64,000 nucleotides of DNA from a virus. The notes beneath the pieces were generated by a model, which saw only the letters and a list, made by a program, of their open reading frames with translations, was not told where the DNA came from and did no database searches. The translations under genes were made by a program, and so were the position numbers. This document shows, piece after piece, positions 48,034 through 58,669 of this stretch (the stretch's first letter is position 1; the number at the start of each line of letters is the position of its first letter). The DNA is taken from positions 1 through 64,000 of the IMG/VR virus record IMGVR_UViG_3300044634_002252; one strand, given 5' to 3'.

Positions 48034-48786
48034 CTACTTGCCAATATTTTTAGCAAGTGAATTGTACATATCCCAAGCTGAGGTGAACTCTTCACGCTCT
48101 TTGAGGGTCTCTAAATACTCTCTATGAGCCTCTGGCTTTCTTAACGGATCTATTGGATCCTGTTCTCCAGAAAACGCCCAGTCAGTTGGTGGGCAGTAGT
48201 CAAATGTAACTATCTCTAAAAATTCCCCCTCTTTCCACTCACGCTTTGGACGCCAGTGTACCTGGTTAACTGCACTAAAGATTATAGCGTCTCCAGTTTT
48301 AAGACTATATGGCTTATTGTCTATATAAATATCCCAATCTATATTTCCGTCTAGCTGGTAATTAAAAGTCACCAAGTTTTCTGTGCTATCTATATGTGGT
48401 GGCAAGGATGGCTCATACCTGCCATCACCGTATTTTAAATTATAATCAATGTAGCTATAGTGAGCAAGCTTTATTTCATTTTTATGCAATGGCTTAGAAT
48501 AAGAATCCATAACGCCTTCTACAGATTCTGGGCAGTCAAACTCAACAATGAGTCTAGACATGTGTGTCATAAGCCTAGGCTCTAGCCTGCTCTCTGTGCT
48601 TATGAATTCTTCTTTATCTCCAGGGAGGGGGTGAGATGCTAGAGGAGTTTGTTTGATTAGTTCAATTGCTTCTCTTAGCTCTGAGATCTGCTCTTCAGAA
48701 AACGGTTTTTCTATGTAGATTGGCAGGGTTGCGTTGTAATCTTTAAAGCCCGACAAAAATTTGTGCATCTTTGCAACATTAGCCAT
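48034..48786 (-). CDS. 2OG-Fe(II) oxygenase-like, paralog 3
   Basis: PPHID, NIDW.IY, QVHWRP. Confidence 0.75.
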   Translation of the reverse strand: MANVAKMHKFLSGFKDYNATLPIYIEKPFSEEQISELREAIELIKQTPLASHPLPGDKEEFISTESRLEPRLMTHMSRLIVEFDCPESVEGVMDSYSKPLHKNEIKLAHYSYIDYNLKYGDGRYEPSLPPHIDSTENLVTFNYQLDGNIDWDIYIDNKPYSLKTGDAIIFSAVNQVHWRPKREWKEGEFLEIVTFDYCPPTDWAFSGEQDPIDPLRKPEAHREYLETLKEREEFTSAWDMYNSLAKNIGK

Positions 48787-49363
48787 TTGCTTCCTCCAAC
48801 TTTAAACGCCATACTTCTGACTTGTCATCCATTAACTTCGTGTGTTCTGGACCAAGCTGATTGATGTTCTCTTTAAGATATAGATGGCAGAATATCATTT
48901 CTAAAAACTCACCAACAACAAAACTTCTTTCTGGCCTCCAGTGTATCTGATGTGTTCCACTAAAAGTTAATGCCTGGTTATTCTTTAAAACAAATTCCTT
49001 GCCTTCTACGTATATTGGCCAATCAATGTTTGACCCAAGCTGGTAGTCAAATGTGAATCGTGGCTCGATAAAGGCGTCAAAGTGTGGACGTAAATTTGGG
49101 ACTTCTACTTTTCCATCGATGTCTAGCAGCTCATATCTAGAAAATTGATATTCTAACTCAAAGCCAGAAAGCCCTGTTATGTTTTCAACATGAGAAATTA
49201 TTTTGTCTTCTATGCTTTTTGGCATTCTAAAATCTGAAATTTGTTGCACATGAAGGTCCATAACATAATTGTTATAAGGCTTTTTAATTGAGCTATACAG
49301 GTCAGAAATTTCTGAGTCTGTCAATAGGTTCTCTATGACTACATTTTTTTCATCAAATTTCAA
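48779..49363 (-). CDS. 2OG-Fe(II) oxygenase-like, paralog 2
   Basis: RPHFD, NIDWPIY, QIHWRP. Confidence 0.75.
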   Translation of the reverse strand: MKFDEKNVVIENLLTDSEISDLYSSIKKPYNNYVMDLHVQQISDFRMPKSIEDKIISHVENITGLSGFELEYQFSRYELLDIDGKVEVPNLRPHFDAFIEPRFTFDYQLGSNIDWPIYVEGKEFVLKNNQALTFSGTHQIHWRPERSFVVGEFLEMIFCHLYLKENINQLGPEHTKLMDDKSEVWRLKLEEANG

Positions 49364-49991
49364 TTGATTCCTCCATACTGTTAATGCCAGTCTTATTAAT
49401 TAAAAAGTTGGCTCGTTCTCTTAACACTTCATCCTGATCATTCTCTAGTGGCAAATCAGCTGTATACTCTAAATGACAAAATATCATGTCGATTTCTGCA
49501 TCATCTGCTATTTGCTTGTCTTCTCTCCAATGTATCTGCTGAGTTCCTGCAAAAACTAATGCCTGATTATCTTGTAGGTTATAGACATCTTCTTCTACGA
49601 CAAGCGCCCATGGCTCTGATGTTTTTAATTGAATATCAAATGTTACCCTCTGGCTTGGTCTAGTGTCATAGTGTGGGAAAAGCTTGGCCTTGTATCCAAA
49701 CTTAGGGGAGTATCTTGCAAAAGAATAATCTTTTCTAAGTACTAGATGGTCCCCCAAAGAGTTTTTGACAACTTCGTTAATCCTATCTTCAATCTCCTGG
49801 CCCAAAGATACATCCCAAACCTTGTGGCTAGCCCAAGGCTGGACCCTAGTCTGATCTTCAGAGGTATTATCAATAACTTTATAAATCTTATCGATATGAT
49901 CCTGCTCAAATATATGATCTACTACCATCACTTCAAAGTCTTGATTAGAAATATGTCTTTGAGCTGCCTTAAAGTCTTTATAAGATGTCAT
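49353..49991 (-). CDS. 2OG-Fe(II) oxygenase-like, paralog 1
   Basis: FPHYD, QIHWRE; TATAAT-N6-ATG. Confidence 0.75.
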   Translation of the reverse strand: MTSYKDFKAAQRHISNQDFEVMVVDHIFEQDHIDKIYKVIDNTSEDQTRVQPWASHKVWDVSLGQEIEDRINEVVKNSLGDHLVLRKDYSFARYSPKFGYKAKLFPHYDTRPSQRVTFDIQLKTSEPWALVVEEDVYNLQDNQALVFAGTQQIHWREDKQIADDAEIDMIFCHLEYTADLPLENDQDEVLRERANFLINKTGINSMEESIEI

Positions 49992-50011
49992 AATTAAATT
50001 ATACACTATAC

Positions 50012-50620
50012 CTAGTAGACTTCAGTTGCCTCTATGATAGCCTGCTTCTCTTTGCTGGATACCCTGCCACTAGTAACAAACCATGGCAACAGAATGTCGT
50101 ACAAATCTATTAGCAGGTTAACGTCCTGGATCTGATACTTTTTCATTTCTTTCCAAGAGTCCTTGTCACCAGCCATACATCCAAGCCATAATCTAAATCC
50201 AGAGTGCTTGACCTTCGCTCCAACCTCAAGCTTTTGTGCCACATAATCTAGCTTGTTTGAAGGAAACATAAAGTTTGCTTTTGTGACGCTCATTAAATCT
50301 AGATCCTTAACTGGTGATGGCGGTAGCATGCCATTTTCCAAGAATTCTCTATTTATATGTTTGTGATCAAATGATGCTGAATTCCAGCCAACAAGAACAT
50401 CTGCCTCCTCCATAAGTTCATGCAGCTCTTCTAGCATTGCCTCTTTGCCGTCATGGTGAACTGACTTAAAGATAACCTTCTTGCTACCAAGCCACCTGGC
50501 TCCGAAGCAAAGCATTTCAGTACTCTTAATGATTTGGTCTATGCTAATGTTTTGGTCCCATAGCCCCCAGGTATAAACCTGCATTGGTGTAGTTTCAATA
50601 TCTAAAAATAATGTTTTCAT
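50012..50620 (-). CDS. RNase H-like 3'-5' exonuclease
   Basis: FLDIET, WNSASFD, YQIQDV. Confidence 0.85.
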   Translation of the reverse strand: MKTLFLDIETTPMQVYTWGLWDQNISIDQIIKSTEMLCFGARWLGSKKVIFKSVHHDGKEAMLEELHELMEEADVLVGWNSASFDHKHINREFLENGMLPPSPVKDLDLMSVTKANFMFPSNKLDYVAQKLEVGAKVKHSGFRLWLGCMAGDKDSWKEMKKYQIQDVNLLIDLYDILLPWFVTSGRVSSKEKQAIIEATEVY

Positions 50621-50904
50621 AATTTATCCTCAATTAGTTGCTCTAATAGAGATAGCTCTATTATTGCTAGTCTAGTTTTTTTATTGCCTTCCCCCAGTAC
50701 CACGATGATAGCTGGGTCATTTTTATTTTTCATTGCATCTGTAGTTGCTTTTGCCCAGTTATCCTGGTTTACGGTAAATCCTTTTGGATACTCCTTAAAA
50801 TCCACTGTAAAGTTTTCAAAGACTGCATCGCCCTTAGTTGTTCCTCGACCACTATTTTTTATAGCTTTGGCACCTAAGCGTTTAATCTCAGACCTCTCGC
50901 TCAT
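50617..50904 (-). CDS. Holliday-junction-resolvase-like nuclease
   Basis: NSGRG..KGD, VDFKE. Confidence 0.65.
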   Translation of the reverse strand: MSERSEIKRLGAKAIKNSGRGTTKGDAVFENFTVDFKEYPKGFTVNQDNWAKATTDAMKNKNDPAIIVVLGEGNKKTRLAIIELSLLEQLIEDKL

Positions 50905-51064
50905 AGTCTTTCTTCGTTTTAGGTTTTAAAGAAACTTCGCTTAAATGCTTTTCAGAGCATAGCCAAGTTATCAATTTGTCTGTCGCATAGTGCCTAAGAC
51001 TAGTGACCTCGGCATTGCAAACTTGGCATTTAAACTTTCCCTGATAGACTGTATATTTAGACAC
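50888..51064 (-). CDS. small zinc-binding protein
   Basis: CQVC...WLCSEKH. Confidence 0.6.
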   Translation of the reverse strand: MSKYTVYQGKFKCQVCNAEVTSLRHYATDKLITWLCSEKHLSEVSLKPKTKKDYEREV

Positions 51065-52067
51065 TGTGAACCTTTTTGTATAAGGAGTCATATAGCTCTT
51101 TATCTTCTCTAACTTTTGTCACAAAAGCATCACGACCTTGCAACTTAGATCCGTCATCAAGCTGGTACCATGCACCAGTCCTATTTACAAACCCAAGCAT
51201 CTCTGCAGTATCTACTAAATCTCCTACAGAGTCGATACCTATCATGTCTCCTCTATAGTAGAAGTCGTACTCGGCAGAATCTCCTGGAGCTGATGTCTTA
51301 GAATTAAGAACTTCCCATCGAACCTTTCGACCAATTTTTTGCTCTATCAGCTTGTCTCCAGATTGGATCTTAGCTTTAATTGCTTGAGAGTCCGAACTAG
51401 ATGAGAACAGCTTAACTATTGTAGATGACATAAACTGCGTTGTCAGTCCTCCTGTTGGAGCTGCCTGAGTATACGTAGCCTGGATGTTATTCCTGGCCTG
51501 AGAGATTGCAACTATAAGAGCTGGCTTCTCACGATTGTTAGCGTAGTTAAGCATTAGCCAAGCATGCTTAAGGTCTTTAGACTCTGCGCCAATTTGCTTA
51601 GTCTGGTCTAGAGCCTTTAGCTCATCTGAGTCTTTTTCAAAGTAAACCGCTGGTAGCAGAGAGCTAATGCTGTCGATTACAATAATGTCAACACCTGCTT
51701 GAAGAAGTGCAACACCTACGTCTACCATGTCATTTATACTTCTAGCTTCAGAGTATATTAGCTTGGATGTATCTACCCCCAGCTTTTTTGCCCACTCTTC
51801 ATCGTAGGACATTTCTGCGTCTACCCAAGCACAGAGCTTTCCTTCTTTTTGCGCCATTGCAATCATTTGCAAACATAGCGATGACTTTGCGCTAGACTTA
51901 CTACCCCAAAGAAGGACCTGCCTGCCATAGGGAAAGCCACCGCCTAGAGCACGGTTTAACCCAGCGCTTGGCGTAGGCTGCATCTCTGTTTTAATACCAA
52001 CACCAGTAGTTAGTCTTTTTCTAATTTTTGGATCTAGCTGAGCCATAGCCTCTTCGATAGTAGTCAT
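51057..52067 (-). CDS. recA: RecA/UvsX-like recombinase
   Basis: LNRALGGGFPYGR, WVDAE, IVIDS, GAWY. Confidence 0.9.
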   Translation of the reverse strand: MTTIEEAMAQLDPKIRKRLTTGVGIKTEMQPTPSAGLNRALGGGFPYGRQVLLWGSKSSAKSSLCLQMIAMAQKEGKLCAWVDAEMSYDEEWAKKLGVDTSKLIYSEARSINDMVDVGVALLQAGVDIIVIDSISSLLPAVYFEKDSDELKALDQTKQIGAESKDLKHAWLMLNYANNREKPALIVAISQARNNIQATYTQAAPTGGLTTQFMSSTIVKLFSSSSDSQAIKAKIQSGDKLIEQKIGRKVRWEVLNSKTSAPGDSAEYDFYYRGDMIGIDSVGDLVDTAEMLGFVNRTGAWYQLDDGSKLQGRDAFVTKVREDKELYDSLYKKVHSV

Positions 52068-52288
52068 TAGCTCACCAATCCTGAAATCTTATCTGGATTA
52101 AACCCTGACCAGGACTCGCTATCAGTAATAACTACTGGTGCTGCTCTAAAGCCTTTAGAAACTATCAAGTCTAGCGCCTCTTCGTTTACTGTAATATCTA
52201 CAGTCGTATACTCAATATTCAACTTGTCCATCATTCTTTTAGTTGCATCGCATTGTACGCACGATGGCTTTGTATATACTGTAATCAT
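52067..52288 (-). CDS. nrdH: NrdH glutaredoxin-like protein
   Basis: YTKPSCVQC, WSGFNPD. Confidence 0.93.
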   Translation of the reverse strand: MITVYTKPSCVQCDATKRMMDKLNIEYTTVDITVNEEALDLIVSKGFRAAPVVITDSESWSGFNPDKISGLVS

Positions 52289-55200
52289 TATTTTATATCC
52301 TCCAAGATAATTGTTCCGTCTTTTGTTTTTCCAAACTCAAAAGTATATGCTGCCCCTTCTTTGATATTCATGTATGCCTTTGGAAAGGCTGTTGGGAATA
52401 CCGTTACGGAGTGAAGATTTCGGGAAGTGTCTGCCAGTGTTAGAGATGCCATCTTTTTACCAGCCTTTGTAACCCTTGGCTTAAAGGAAATAACAAACAT
52501 CTCATCTTCCTTATATGGCAACATCTTATAGTTTAAGAATTTAACTAGGGCTGATTCAGAACCCTTAATCTCGTCAACTCCGATGGCACTAACAATCCTA
52601 TTATCATTACATAAAAGAAGGTAGGTTCTGCCAGTTTCAATAGTAGTTTGCTCTTCATCAAAGATCCCGACGCTTCCTGTCTTGTCTAAAATTTCTACAC
52701 GTGACCAGCCCTTGCCACGCTTAACTGTTTTAACCATTCCCATAAGAACGTATGCGCCCTTTTCCTCGAACTCTTCTACATCATTAATAAATGCATAGTA
52801 GTGAGATGGAATATCTATGTTGAACTCTGGAAGGTTTAGATATTCATAAAGATTTTCTCTTACTTCATGCTCGTCCCTGGGATTATCTTCAAAGGTGGCA
52901 GCACCAACAAGCTTTAGGGCCTGTAGCGCACGACTATTAACTCCATTACCCTTACCAAAAGTAAAAGCCTCTAGGTCCTTATAAGAAGAGAATGGCCTTC
53001 TTGCAATATACTTTTTTGCAATATTGTCTGAGATATACTTAATCGAGCTTAAGCCAAATCTAATCCCCTTGCCCTCAATCTTAAAGTCCATGTCAGACTC
53101 GTTAATGTGTGGCAAACGAATAGAAATATTCATCCTTTTAGCCTCAATCAAATATTCAGTACGAGCATCCTTGTCCTTTTCGTTCTTAAGAACCGAATAC
53201 ATAAACTCTATCGGATAGTACTTTTTTAGCCATGCAGTCCAATAAGATAGTGTTGAGTATGCTACTGCGTGAGACTTGTTAAACGAGTATCCTGCGTGAG
53301 CTTCAAAGTCTGTCCAAAGATTTAGAGCATCATTTGGAGATAGGTACTGAGATGCTCCCTTAACAAACTTTTCCTTAAACTGATCAAACTCTTTAGCATC
53401 TTTTTTCTTACCAATAATCTTACGAACCTTGTCAGCTTCTGCCATAGTCATTCCGCCAAGCTCTGTACAGGCTTGCATAACTTGCTCTTGGTATAAAATA
53501 CATCCATAAGTTTCTGCAGTAAAAGCTTTCATTACTTGGTGGTGGTAAGAGATGTTCTGCTTACCGTGCTTACGAGCAATGTAGTCTTTACCAATAGTGT
53601 TGGCAGCACCTGGACGAACCAAAGCGTTAGATGCAGCAAGCTCTGCAAAGTTTTTAACACCCATCTTTACTAGCAAGTTTGTATATGGAGTAGCTTCACA
53701 CTGGAACACACCCTTGGTATAACCAGAAGAAAGCATTTCGTAAACTCTCTCATCTTCCATGTCAATCTCTAAAAGATTAATATCTTTTCCGCTTCTATCT
53801 TTAATAATATCAAGCGTATCTCTCAGAACAGACAATGTCTTTAGACCTAGAGCATCAATCTTGATTAGCCCAATACGCTCTGCCTCTTCCATATCTACCG
53901 CAACTACTGGGATTCTTTCTCCGCTTCCAGGAGAAGTTCTTGTTTCCATTGGAGCGTACTTGAATATCGGAGACTTTGATGTTACAACACCTGCAGCATG
54001 AATTCCTGTTCCACGAATTCGACCTCGAAGCTGCTCTCCATATTTTTCAATTTCTGGATACTTCTCACGGAACCAGACTGCCTGCTTTGATGTGCAGTAG
54101 TCATCCCAAGTATCTACAACTTTCATAACCTTATTAACATCGGTTAGAGGTATATTTAAAACACGAGCAATGTCTCTTACAACACCCTTGTCTTTAAACT
54201 GCAGAAATGTAGCAATAGATGCTACGTGACGATATTGACGAACAAGGTAGTCCTTTACCTCTTCACGACGTGAGTCCTGGATATCGGTATCGATGTCTGG
54301 AAAGTCGTTACGCTCGGGATTAATAAAGCGAAAGAAAAGCAATCCATGTGGGATAGGATCAATGTCTGTAATCTCAAGTGCATAGCACAGAAGCGAGCCA
54401 GCGGAAGATCCACGACCTGGACCAACCATGATGCCTTCCTTTTTAGCCCAAGAAATCATATTACGAACAACTAGGAAGTAAGGCCCAAAGTTCTTATCCT
54501 CAATAACCTTTAGCTCTTCATCTAGTCTAGCTAGATACTCGTCTGTATGTACACCACGTTTCTGAAGACCTGCCACTGCAATATCTCTAAGCTCTTTATT
54601 AGGATTCTGATACTGAACTGGCAATAGGTCTAGGTGATCTTGAATGTCATAGGAACTAATCTTTTCAGAAATTTCTAGTGTGTGCTGGTAGATATCTTCT
54701 CTGTCGATTTCCTGAGACTTCATTGCAGCCTTCATCTCTTCATAAGATAGAAGGTGAATCTCAAACTTGTTGAACGACATCTGACGATCAGCACCGTATA
54801 GGTAATCAAGCTTGTCCATAAGATTTTCATGCTTAAGGGACTTTTCGTATGTAGCTTCCTTTGCAATCTTATTTGCATAAGTATTAAGAATTAGCTTTAG
54901 TTCTTGAATTTCTTTTTGTCCAGCATGAGAGTGGTGACAGTCTGGGGTCACTACAGCCTTTACCCCGTACTCATCTGCCAAAGCTAAAAGTTGATGATTT
55001 ACCTCTGCTGGGTTGTGTGGCATAACCTCAATGTAGTAGTCGTCTCCAAAGACACGCTTATGCCATTCAATAATGTGCTTTGCCTCAGCTAGCTCCTCTG
55101 CCTCAATTGCTTTAGCAAGAGCTCCAGATAGACAACCAGAAAGGACTACAAGACCTTCAGAATACTTTTCCAAAACCTCATAGTCAATACGTGGCTTCTT

Positions 55201-55557
55201 GTAAAAACCCTCAGTCCACGCAATCTCATTTAGCTTATTTAAGTTTTCCAAACCAACATCATTCTTAGCAATAATGATAATGTGGTTGTAGACTAGGTCA
55301 AGCAGGCCCTTTCTTTCTTCTTTATCTCTTTGATCGAATCTGTCTTGAGTAATGTATCCTTCTACTCCTAATATCGGCTTAATGCCACTCTCACTAGCAG
55401 CTCTAAAGAACTCCCTGTGACCAGAAAGAGATCCATGGTCAGTGATTGCTAATGCATTCATACCCAGCTCTTTAGCTCGCTCTACATATTCTAATGGAGT
55501 AGCGATGCCGTCAAACAAGCTGTAATGAGTGTGGACATGTAAGCCAACATAGGACAT
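52288..55557 (-). CDS. dnaE: DNA polymerase III alpha subunit
   Basis: HVHTHYS PHP, GRGSSAGS, PDIDTD, HAAGVV, YSFNKSH. Confidence 0.95.
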   Translation of the reverse strand: MSYVGLHVHTHYSLFDGIATPLEYVERAKELGMNALAITDHGSLSGHREFFRAASESGIKPILGVEGYITQDRFDQRDKEERKGLLDLVYNHIIIIAKNDVGLENLNKLNEIAWTEGFYKKPRIDYEVLEKYSEGLVVLSGCLSGALAKAIEAEELAEAKHIIEWHKRVFGDDYYIEVMPHNPAEVNHQLLALADEYGVKAVVTPDCHHSHAGQKEIQELKLILNTYANKIAKEATYEKSLKHENLMDKLDYLYGADRQMSFNKFEIHLLSYEEMKAAMKSQEIDREDIYQHTLEISEKISSYDIQDHLDLLPVQYQNPNKELRDIAVAGLQKRGVHTDEYLARLDEELKVIEDKNFGPYFLVVRNMISWAKKEGIMVGPGRGSSAGSLLCYALEITDIDPIPHGLLFFRFINPERNDFPDIDTDIQDSRREEVKDYLVRQYRHVASIATFLQFKDKGVVRDIARVLNIPLTDVNKVMKVVDTWDDYCTSKQAVWFREKYPEIEKYGEQLRGRIRGTGIHAAGVVTSKSPIFKYAPMETRTSPGSGERIPVVAVDMEEAERIGLIKIDALGLKTLSVLRDTLDIIKDRSGKDINLLEIDMEDERVYEMLSSGYTKGVFQCEATPYTNLLVKMGVKNFAELAASNALVRPGAANTIGKDYIARKHGKQNISYHHQVMKAFTAETYGCILYQEQVMQACTELGGMTMAEADKVRKIIGKKKDAKEFDQFKEKFVKGASQYLSPNDALNLWTDFEAHAGYSFNKSHAVAYSTLSYWTAWLKKYYPIEFMYSVLKNEKDKDARTEYLIEAKRMNISIRLPHINESDMDFKIEGKGIRFGLSSIKYISDNIAKKYIARRPFSSYKDLEAFTFGKGNGVNSRALQALKLVGAATFEDNPRDEHEVRENLYEYLNLPEFNIDIPSHYYAFINDVEEFEEKGAYVLMGMVKTVKRGKGWSRVEILDKTGSVGIFDEEQTTIETGRTYLLLCNDNRIVSAIGVDEIKGSESALVKFLNYKMLPYKEDEMFVISFKPRVTKAGKKMASLTLADTSRNLHSVTVFPTAFPKAYMNIKEGAAYTFEFGKTKDGTIILEDIK

Positions 55558-55565
55558 AGACTATA

Positions 55566-56222
55566 TTACCAATCTATGTTCGAACTAGCGGTGGATGACG
55601 GTGTGTCAAACCCTAGGTAGAAAGCCTCTTGCTCAGCGTATGGCACCTTGCTCAAAGCAGACTCTAGTGGGTATGGACGGATATCGGCCCATACAAATGG
55701 TTCCTTGTCTGGAGTTGAAGGGATAAGGGTGTAGCTTGTCTCTGTACCCTGACCATTCCTCTTTAGCTTCCAGGTCTGGTTTGAAATGCTTCCAGTCTCA
55801 AGCGCAAACTCACGAATAGTGTTGAATGCAGACTGCTTGCTTACACCCATAGACCAGATAGCAACGTATGGGTCTTCTAGTCCATCGTCAACAAGGACGT
55901 TGCAGTAGAAGCGGAGACGTGCTCTCCATCCAGCCTTTGGATCTTTTCTGTGCATCTCTTCTGCCCAGTCTCGACCTTCGGTGTCCATAGTATCTACAGC
56001 CTTACGTCTGTAATCCTTCGGATTTGTGTGTTCCTTTACAACAAGTGCAAGACCACGCTCTTCAGAATAGCTTGAGCTATCCTCGTCCAGCTCTTCAATG
56101 AAACGAATCTTTACAGACTGTCCATCTGCTAGCTTTAGCCAGCGAACCTTAGCCTTGTTCTCATCATACTTTGGCTTATCAAGTAATGCGTTGATATTCT
56201 TTAGCCCTTTTACTACGCTCAT
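55566..56222 (-). CDS. putative single-stranded DNA-binding protein
   Basis: Between primase and dnaE; KRNGQGTETSY; acidic/aromatic tail. Confidence 0.65.
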   Translation of the reverse strand: MSVVKGLKNINALLDKPKYDENKAKVRWLKLADGQSVKIRFIEELDEDSSSYSEERGLALVVKEHTNPKDYRRKAVDTMDTEGRDWAEEMHRKDPKAGWRARLRFYCNVLVDDGLEDPYVAIWSMGVSKQSAFNTIREFALETGSISNQTWKLKRNGQGTETSYTLIPSTPDKEPFVWADIRPYPLESALSKVPYAEQEAFYLGFDTPSSTASSNIDW

Positions 56223-56245
56223 TTTTTCTCCTATATATTAGTTTA

Positions 56246-57190
56246 TTATTTTAGCATTGAAGCGATTGATTTGTCAAATGATTCGTCCAATTGCTTGATT
56301 TCGTCATCTGACATATCGCCTATATCTTTATATTTTTTATTTAGTTGTATTACGATAACACGAGATCCAAGATTTTCTACAATCTTGTCTTTCATGTTAC
56401 CGCCTGCTTCATCATTATCTGCAATAACGCAAATGTTATTGAAGTATTTTTTGAGTAGGTCTATTTGGTAGTTAGAGACATTCGACCCTAGAGTAGCTAC
56501 CGCTGGGAAGCCACACTGATCTAGCCTAATTGCATCAAAAGATGACTCAACTACGTAAACTTTTTTAGATGCCTTGACCCTGTGGAGATTAAATAGCACC
56601 TTTGCTTTTGGAAGTCTTGGGGTGTTTTTAAAGTCTTTGCCCTCAACTGATCTACCCACAAATCCAACTTCCATACCGTCTGGAGAGTGAACTGGAACAG
56701 TTACCATATCTTGTTTTTCAGAATAACCAAGCCAAAACTTTTTTACAGAAGCTTCTGAGATGAGTCTGCCTTCAAAATACCTCATGGCTCTTGGTGACTC
56801 TAGTGCCTGAGAGTTAAGTCTTTTAATAGACACCTGATCGTACTGAACGTATTCTGGAATATCCACTAGCTTCTTGTTGACTCTATCTAAAACAGAAGAG
56901 CTCTCTTCTTTGCTTTTTATAAATCTAACAGCCTCAAAGTATTTTCTACCAGAGAAATGCATGACCAGCTCAATAAAGTCACAAACGTGGTGGCATGAAA
57001 AACAAAAGAACACTCCAGTGACCTTGTCAACTTCTCCTGCTGGAGTTCTGTTGTTGGCGTGAAATGGACAAAAGATAATAAAGTCAGTATCTACTTCTGA
57101 CTGGACCTCTAGGCCCGTTCCTTCAAGAACTCTCTTAATTTGCTCTCTTGTATATAGATTGGTTTTGTTTCGTCTATTCCCAGTATCCAT
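56246..57190 (-). CDS. dnaG: DNA primase
   Basis: CPFH..CFSC zinc finger; VESSFD, DNDEAG TOPRIM. Confidence 0.9.
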   Translation of the reverse strand: MDTGNRRNKTNLYTREQIKRVLEGTGLEVQSEVDTDFIIFCPFHANNRTPAGEVDKVTGVFFCFSCHHVCDFIELVMHFSGRKYFEAVRFIKSKEESSSVLDRVNKKLVDIPEYVQYDQVSIKRLNSQALESPRAMRYFEGRLISEASVKKFWLGYSEKQDMVTVPVHSPDGMEVGFVGRSVEGKDFKNTPRLPKAKVLFNLHRVKASKKVYVVESSFDAIRLDQCGFPAVATLGSNVSNYQIDLLKKYFNNICVIADNDEAGGNMKDKIVENLGSRVIVIQLNKKYKDIGDMSDDEIKQLDESFDKSIASMLK

Positions 57191-57435
57191 TCGCTTTGTT
57201 TCTTCCCTATATATATTCCGTATAAACTTAGTTTAAATTCAAAAAAATCTTTTAGCTCGTTATAGTATATCGTAAAATCTGGATTGATGTCAAGCCTTGG
57301 TACATACCCAGAAAGCCTCATCTCAGTGACAATCAGCCTTATATACTCGCCTTTGAGTCTAGGAATGGCAGAGTCATCGTGGATATTACCGTCCAAGCTA
57401 AATTTCTTAATTGGCTTGTGGTGTAGATTAAGCAT
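57109..57435 (-). CDS. hypothetical phage protein
   Basis: MRLSGYVPRLDINPDF; leaderless start. Confidence 0.7.
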   Translation of the reverse strand: MLNLHHKPIKKFSLDGNIHDDSAIPRLKGEYIRLIVTEMRLSGYVPRLDINPDFTIYYNELKDFFEFKLSLYGIYIGKKQSEWILGIDETKPIYIQESKLREFLKERA

Positions 57436-57448
57436 GTATTAATTATAA

Positions 57449-58669
57449 CTACTTATCCTCAAAGTCCTTGTATCTGTACCAGCCCTTATCAAAGTCTACC
57501 TGGACCAAAAAGTCGCCCATAAACCCATTACGATTCTTTCTAAATACACACTCAATAATATCGCTGTTTGTTGCACGGCCCAACGCTAAGACCCAGTCTG
57601 CATCGTAAGCAATCTGTCTAGACCAAGCTGTTTGACCAAGCGTTGGAACAGTGTCAAGCTTTGTTACGTCATCTGGAGTTGCTGAAGAGATTGCCATAAT
57701 TGGGACCTGCTCAGAAATTGCCATAAGCTTTAGCTCTCTAGAAAGATTCTTCATCCTAACAGTTTCATTCTCGGACTTCTGGTTTGGAGACATTAGTTGC
57801 AAATAGTCTACGACAACAAAGTCTGGCTTGTACTGATCTAGCTTTCCTCTAAGTACAGAAGGGTTTACATCTCCACCACTATCATTGGAAATAATATGAA
57901 ACTCTGGCTTGCCTTCAAGATTCTTTTCGTGCCACTTAGCTAAGTCTTCTAGATCTACCTGACCACTCGAAAGCTTTCTATGTGACCAAAGGCCTTCGCC
58001 CATGATTGCATAAACACGATTACGAACTTCGGTTTCGCTCATCTCAAGACTTACGATCATTGGAGACTTACCCTGCTTCCAAGCCTGTACCGCAAAGTAT
58101 AAAGATAGCCAAGACTTACCGATACCAGGATACGCAAGAAACACGCCAAGCTGTCCTGGCATAATTCCAGAAGGAAGGTAGTTGTCAAAACCTGGCAAAC
58201 CAGTTTTGATTCCAAGCATACCCAGCTCTTGCTCTCTTTGAAGCTTCTTATAGTATTCTACAGCGGAAGCCAAATCAGTAGCATCAATATCTCGAATTGC
58301 AGAGGTATTCTTTTTAAGCTCTGAGGTCTTTGTAATAAGTGTCTCAAGGGCGTTAACACTACTACCGCCCTGGATCTCTGTCGCTGCAGAAACTAGAATT
58401 TCTTTTATGCTGCTTTCAAGGTACTCCCCTTGCAGCTCTTCTAGGTGGTGCTTGGTGGCACCCACTCCTTCAACTGGAGAAAAGTCTCTAAACTTGTCGA
58501 CTACTACTGACTTGGGCGGAACTGATCCATTAATCTCAGCATACTTACGAATAAACTCCCAAATATCTGTGTGCGTTCTTAGAAGCTTTTCTACGTCTGC
58601 TTGAAGCAGGACGTGCAGCTGCTTATCCTCCAGGACTGCAGATATTAGTTTATCTTCTACGCTACTCAC
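57449..58669 (-). CDS. dnaB: DnaB-like replicative helicase
   Basis: AYPGIGKS, SLEMS, VVDYLQLM, KNRNG. Confidence 0.92.
   Translation of the reverse strand: MSSVEDKLISAVLEDKQLHVLLQADVEKLLRTHTDIWEFIRKYAEINGSVPPKSVVVDKFRDFSPVEGVGATKHHLEELQGEYLESSIKEILVSAATEIQGGSSVNALETLITKTSELKKNTSAIRDIDATDLASAVEYYKKLQREQELGMLGIKTGLPGFDNYLPSGIMPGQLGVFLAYPGIGKSWLSLYFAVQAWKQGKSPMIVSLEMSETEVRNRVYAIMGEGLWSHRKLSSGQVDLEDLAKWHEKNLEGKPEFHIISNDSGGDVNPSVLRGKLDQYKPDFVVVDYLQLMSPNQKSENETVRMKNLSRELKLMAISEQVPIMAISSATPDDVTKLDTVPTLGQTAWSRQIAYDADWVLALGRATNSDIIECVFRKNRNGFMGDFLVQVDFDKGWYRYKDFEDK

Noticed and set aside
43062-58669. Inteins or introns in terL, recA, dnaE, dnaB
   Set aside because: Normal lengths, continuous frames, no splicing or homing-endonuclease motifs noticed
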